NCBI RefSeq assembly: GCF_016433145.1
Contig: NC_058130.1
Span: 342,341,974-342,405,973 of the forward strand
DNA from: Gracilinanus agilis
Taxonomy: Eukaryota
Reading direction: 5' to 3'
Length of the DNA: 64,000 nucleotides
Every line of letters starts with the position of its first letter. Positions within the stretch are counted from its first letter, which is position 1. Positions 61,801 to 64,000 of this stretch are shown here, in pieces. The notes below the pieces were generated by a model. It searched no databases. It worked only from the letters and a program-made list of their open reading frames with translations, and had not been told where the DNA came from. The position numbers were made by a program, and so were the translations under genes.

Positions 61801-63029
61801 TGCAGCAGTGTGGTATAATGGATAAAGAGCTGGTCTCAGAATCAGAAAGACCCGCATTCAAACCGTGCTTATAACACATACCTTCTCTCTGAGAAAATCA
61901 CTTGATTTCTCAGTGCTCTAGGAAGTTCTCCAAGAATTTAAGTTGCAAAGAAATCATAGGGTTGCATTGGTAGAGGGAGTTCCTTACTCTCAGAATTCTT
62001 TAGATCAGTATAATCATTGATCCAGCCTCTATTACTCATTTAGACATTGAGGTGTCAATTTGTTCACCTGCAAAGCAAAGTTGCTACCTTTTTTTTTTTT
62101 TAGTATTAAAGGTTTTATTCCCAAATCCTATAAGTATATATCACTTTTGTGGGTTTTAAAAAATATATACATTAGAGCTTTTTGCTTCACATTTTCCAAA
62201 TTCAAACTTGATAGAAAAAAATTGAATTGTGTTCTGTATTTTTATCAAAGTTGACCTTAAAAGGGAAATCAGGACTGCAAAGTTTTGCTTAAGTATGACA
62301 AGGGCTAAGGACCCACCAAGGATAGAGATTGGTTCTCCCTCCATTTAGGGTCACTGAAATCCGCTCAGATTCTCCAAGTTGGATTCTGAGGCCTCCAAAA
62401 TAGGTAAGAGGCAGGAGCTAGGGGCAGAGTGTGGTGTTGCTGTCAGGGAGACTCTTCTCCCAGCCTAGAGTGGAGATTCTCCCATCCAAAACTTCGACTC
62501 TGAAGGATGGAATTTGTGCTCCATATCCATTTTTTTCATTGTAGTTCTTACCTTTAAATCCTTTAAATTCGAAATCACCTGACTCCAAGGAGCAGCAGGC
62601 CTTCTAATGAATGGTAAGAGGCTCCTTAATATTAATATTTAAACTTGCCTCTTATAGAAACCTTTTGAGTTAGAGGTGGTAGAAAGTGGAGAAGAATATG
62701 ATTTCCCTGCCTAAAGTCTGATTGATTTGAAAATTAAATTTTCAAGTCAAGATCTGAAGTGATGTACATACACATTAATATTTAAAGATGACAATTCATA
62801 AGGAAGTCAATTCTGTTCCACTCTTACATACTTCATTTGGGCTGATAGTGTAGGTACTCTCTGAAGGACTAGAGGTAGTCTAGAGATACATTGACTTGTC
62901 AGTTGATCGGGACTGATTCCACACAGTCCAGACATGTTACTTTGGATATGTTTATTTACTTCATTATGCTGAAATCTGTTACTGATAAGTAATAATTTTG
63001 GACATGTATTGCTACTTATTAAAAAGGCG

Positions 63030-63215
63030 TGTGATGTTCAAATCCAACTTCAGACACTTATTACCTGTGTGACCCCTGGCAAGTCACTTAACTCTGCCTT
63101 AGTTTCCTCATCTGTAAAATAAATTGGAGAAGGAAATGGCATACCCGTCCAGTATCTCTGTCTAAAAATCATCAAAGTCATGAAGGGTTGGACACACCTG
63201 AAAAATGACTGAAAA
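63030..63215 (+). mobile_element. MAR1-type SINE (5'-truncated)
   Basis: ttcaaatccaacttcagacactt...ggagaaggaaatggcatacccgtccagtatc...gaagggttggacacacctgaa. Confidence 0.85.
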
Positions 63216-63628
63216 ACTTAATATATTTCCATATGCCAGTTGGGTAGAAAAAAGGATTATATGTAATAACAATAATAATAAATGCTAGATATTATTATCA
63301 TATATATTGTTTTAAAACATTGTTGTATATGGAAATTGAGAGACGTTTATTAAACATAGAATAAAAATAAAATTTAATTTAAAAGGAAATTCGTATGTAT
63401 TTTAAACTTATTGATAGTATGGAATTCACTTTCAAGTCCTCTTCTAAAATGCTTCTGAAAAAAAAGAGGGCCCTCAAAGGAGTATTATATAGATAAAATA
63501 AGATAAATTGAATGCTTTATGATTACATAATTAATCAAGAAAATCAGAAAAATGATAAAATGTCAGTTTTTCCAAAATGTCCCTTATCTACTCCCTGATT
63601 CTGTGTATTATAGTTATAAAACAACCCT

Positions 63629-63641
63629 GTTGCTTAGCAAC
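63629..63641. promoter_or_regulatory. Palindromic RFX X-box motif GTTGCTTAGCAAC
   Basis: Matches the RFX consensus GTNRCY-n-RGYAAC as a perfect 6-bp palindrome around one base. Motif only; function untested. Confidence 0.45.
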
Positions 63642-64000
63642 CATCTTACATATAATGCTGCTCCATGAAAGAGCTATAAAGGTTAACCCTTTAGAAATTG
63701 AGACAAACTGGGAAACATGAACCTATTAACCTTGAAAAAGAGCCATTAGATACACTTAAAATGCAGAACAAAGAACTAAAATCAGGTGCTGTCTCAAAAG
63801 TAGGCAATGTTCAGAAATCTCAAAAGTGTCTGATAAGTGATTTCAAATTTAGAAATTTTTATCATTTGAAACAATTGCTTTAAAAGGTATTGTCTTCCTT
63901 TTCATATCCCACTCCTTAACAGCTTTATTCTCTGCCTCCCTTCTCTGCTAATTTTATTGTTATCATCTAGTCAAAAGCCAATTGTGTAATGACATACCCC

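Larger units (their letters stand above)
393..64000 (+). other. PDE8B: PDE8B intron 1 (partial; exon 2 not seen in window)
   Basis: No segment encoding the expected next peptide ([20 protein letters not shown] in human) was seen by eye. The sequence is AT-rich and repeat-dense. Human PDE8B intron 1 is very long (order of 100 kb, recalled). Confidence 0.8.

Noticed and set aside
495-64000. The many 60-160 aa ORFs in the track as host genes
   Set aside because: They are short, overlap microsatellites, SINEs, L1/L2/RTE/CR1 fragments or the N gap, and show no recognisable non-TE protein similarity or exon structure.
1-64000. CRISPR arrays, prokaryotic operons, rRNA or intact tRNA genes
   Set aside because: The DNA is mammalian intron. 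tRNA-like A/B-box segments belong to CORE-SINE heads, and no regularly spaced repeat-spacer array was seen.

Overview
This is marsupial genomic DNA, most likely a didelphid opossum such as Monodelphis, judged from SINE1_Mdo-type and MAR1-type SINEs and opossum-type L1 3' ends. The window opens in the GC/CpG-rich first coding exon of PDE8B (ATG at 42, phase-0 donor after 392). The remaining ~63.6 kb is consistent with PDE8B intron 1; I found no convincing second coding exon. The intron is a layered transposon archive: ancient L2, CR1/L3, MIR and RTE pieces, marsupial MAR1 SINEs, L1 fragments, young SINE1 copies with perfect target-site duplications (TSDs), hAT MITEs and a BovB-type 3' end. Features the ORF track misses are a degraded pogo/Tigger-type transposase fossil with all three catalytic Asp positions still readable (~20360-21620, minus), a near full-length 7SL retrocopy, a triple nest (old L1 > younger L1 > hAT MITE), a twin-primed L1 with 5' inversion, and a tail-to-tail L1 pair that could fold in the pre-mRNA. 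A few repeat-free stretches carry RFX or ETS/AP-1/kB motif clusters. I found no evidence of a wholly new biological system. Almost all ORFs in the supplied track other than PDE8B exon 1 are spurious or TE remnants. Repeat family names come from recalled consensus sequences, not a database search, and edges of old repeats are approximate (tens of bp).
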